Assembly (NCBI RefSeq): GCF_024298765.1
Contig: NZ_CP101210.1
Strand: one strand, 5' to 3'
From: Escherichia coli
GTDB lineage: Bacteria; Pseudomonadota; Gammaproteobacteria; Enterobacterales; Enterobacteriaceae
Length of the DNA stretch: 64,000 nucleotides
In this document: positions 61,785-64,000 of the stretch, in pieces
How positions within the stretch are numbered: the stretch's first letter is position 1
Layout: each line of letters opens with the position of its first letter
Position numbers and translations under genes: made by a program
The notes under the pieces: model-generated
The model's input: the letters and a program-made list of their open reading frames with translations, nothing else
The model's database searches: none
What the model was told of the DNA's origin: nothing

Positions 61785-63136
61785 GTCCCATTCTCCTGTA
61801 AAGCGCGTACTACCTCTTCCATGGCAGCACTACGTGAACCCTTAACTAAAATCGTAATTACCTGTTGCTCAGCAATCAGTGATTTAAGACGCGCGATAAG
61901 CGCAGTTTTATCGGAAAAATGTTCGCCAACACCGCTGGCAGTGCTGATAGCATGGCTTTGTTTGCCCACGCTTAACACGCGGTCAATACCAGCTGCTTTT
62001 GCCGCTTCGCCCACCTGTATATGGCAGGCTTCGCTTTCAGCGCCCAGTTCCGCCATATCGCCCACCACCAGCACGCGGTAGCCCGGCATTTCAGCCAGTA
62101 CCTGGACTGCTGCGGTCATTGAACCGACATTGGCGTTGTAGGAGTCGTCGAGCAGCAACTGGTTTTCCGCCAGTTGGATGGGGAACAGACGGCCTGGAAC
62201 AGCTTTCAGATTTGCCAGCCCCGCTTTGATAGCATCAAGCGTTGCGCCCACGGACATGGAGAGCGCAGCGGCTGCCAGCGCATTCGCAATATTGTGACGC
62301 CCCGGCAACGGCAGCAGAACATCCACGCTACCGGTTGGGGTTTGCAGGGTAAATTCCGTACCGTGCGAAGTCACATGGATGTTGGTGGCGGTGAAATCGC
62401 TGTTGGCGGCATTAGGTGAGAAACGCCACACTTTGCGTGAGCCAATTACGCTTTGCCAGTTCAGCCAGTCGTTGTTGTCGGCGTTCATAATGGCGATACC
62501 GTTTTCCGGCAGGCCGCTAAAGATTTCACCTTTCGCTTTCGCGACACCCGCAAGCGAGCCAAAACCTTCCAGATGCGCTGCCGCCAGGTTATTGACCAGC
62601 GCCGCTTCCGGGCGAGTCAGACTCACAGTCCAGGCAATTTCGCCCTGATGGTTCGCGCCAAGTTCAATTACTGCGTAATCGTACTCTGGCGTTAAGCGCA
62701 ACAGCGTCATCGGTACACCGATGTCGTTGTTGAGATTGCCTGCCGTATAAAGCGTGTTGCCACACTGGCTTAAAATCGCTGCCGTCATCTCTTTAACGGA
62801 GGTTTTGCCGGAGGAACCCGTCAGAGCAACCACGCGCGCCGGAACTTGCTGGCGAACCCATGCAGCCAGTTCACCAAACGCCAGACGAGTATCCTTGACG
62901 ATTACCTGCGGCAGATCGATATCCAGCGGACGGTTAACCAGTAGTGCACCCGCACCGCCAGCTTTCGCCTGGTCAGCAAAATCATGGGCATCGAAACGTT
63001 CGCCTTTCAGGGCAACAAACAGGCAACCCGGCGTCAGTTTTCGTGTGTCTGTGGTTACAGCATCAAGGGTGATATCTGCCCCTTTTAGTTCACCGTTGAG
63101 AATATCGGTAAGTTGGCTAAGGGTTACGCTAATCAT
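61778..63136 (-). CDS. murF: UDP-N-acetylmuramoyl-tripeptide--D-alanyl-D-alanine ligase
   Basis: 452-aa ORF; Mur ligase P-loop [10 protein letters not shown]; 7-nt overlap with mraY. Confidence 0.95.
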
Positions 63137-64000
63137 GCAATCACCCCCAGCAGACGCGCCACCGTGACGCGATCGGAGTAGTCCAGACGCTGATTGCCAA
63201 CAATCTGGTAATCCTCATGACCTTTGCCCGCGACCAGTACCACATCATTCTCTTTAGCCTGCATAACGGCGCAAGTCACCGCTTCAGCACGGCCTTCCAT
63301 CACTTTGGCATGTCCGGCATCTAACATTCCCGCCAGAATATCGTTGATGATGGCACGCGGTTCTTCGGTACGCGGGTTATCGTCCGTCACCACCGCCACG
63401 TCAGCAAACTCTTCAGCAATTGCGCCCATCAGTGGACGTTTGCCTTTATCACGATCGCCACCACAGCCAAAGACGCACCACAGCTTGCCCGCACAGTGCA
63501 AACGCGCCGCCTGTAAGGCTTTTTCCAGTGCATCTGGCGTATGCGCGTAATCCACCACTACCGTCGGTTTGCCTGGCGCAGTGAACACTTCCATACGTCC
63601 ACAAACCGGTTGCAGACGCGCGGCGGTTTTTAACAGATCAGCCAGCGGGTAGCCCAGCGCCAGCAGCGTCGCCAGCGCCAGCAGCAAGTTGCTGACGTTA
63701 AAAGCGCCCATCAGATGGCTTTCAATTTCGCCATCGCCCCAGCTTGAGCTAAAGCGAATCGTCGCACCGCTGTCGTGATAGTTCACTTCTGTCGCTTTCA
63801 ACCAGCGTCCGTGACAGTTCGGATTGATATGATCTTCCATTGATACCGCAACCGCGTCCGGCAGTTTTGCCAGCCAGCGGCGGCCCACTTCATCGTCGGC
63901 GTTAATAATCGCCTGACCGCAATGATGCTCAGAATAAAGCAGCCATTTCGCGGCTTCGTAGTGTTCCATATCACCATGATAATCAAGGTGATCGCGGCTT
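63133..64000 (-). CDS. murE: UDP-N-acetylmuramoyl-L-alanyl-D-glutamate--2,6-diaminopimelate ligase, 3' portion only; 5' end lies beyond the window
   Basis: ORF 63133..63969 translation matches the MurE C-terminal domain; frame stays open to the window edge; 4-nt overlap with murF. Confidence 0.9.

Overview
This window reads as conserved core Escherichia coli chromosome (the folK to murE interval at roughly 2-3 min), in the reverse orientation to the usual K-12 map, and I do not see a convincing novel multi-gene system in it. Calls rest on recognising the six-frame ORF translations by eye and on motifs read directly from the DNA; no database search was run. Gene order on the + strand is: folK (3' end), the cryptic yad chaperone-usher fimbrial operon (yadN-ecpD-htrE-yadMLKC), panB-panC, rpnC/yadD (-), panD, yadE-yadI-yadH-yadG (-), can, hpt (-), gcd, cueO (-), yacC, speE-speD, yacL (-), acnB (-), yacH, the lpd-aceF-aceE-pdhR block (-), aroP, ampE-ampD (-), nadC, ppdD-hofB-hofC, guaC (-), coaE-zapD-yacG, mutT (-), secA-secM (-), and the division/cell-wall cluster lpxC-ftsZ-ftsA-ftsQ-ddlB-murC-murG-ftsW-murD-mraY-murF-murE (all -). 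Several maximal ORFs in the track overextend the real genes at the 5' end and were trimmed to the likely start. The most interesting locus is rpnC/yadD: its 3' end carries a 6 x 12-bp tandem repeat and an internal in-frame start with a strong Shine-Dalgarno site, and about 270 bp downstream there is a second, free-standing copy of the same C-terminal module as its own 67-aa ORF. Other points worth a look are a REP cluster that supplies the mutT stop codon, low-complexity repeats in yacH, and the uncharacterised yadG-yadH-yadI-yadE cluster. Everything else is well-described biology.
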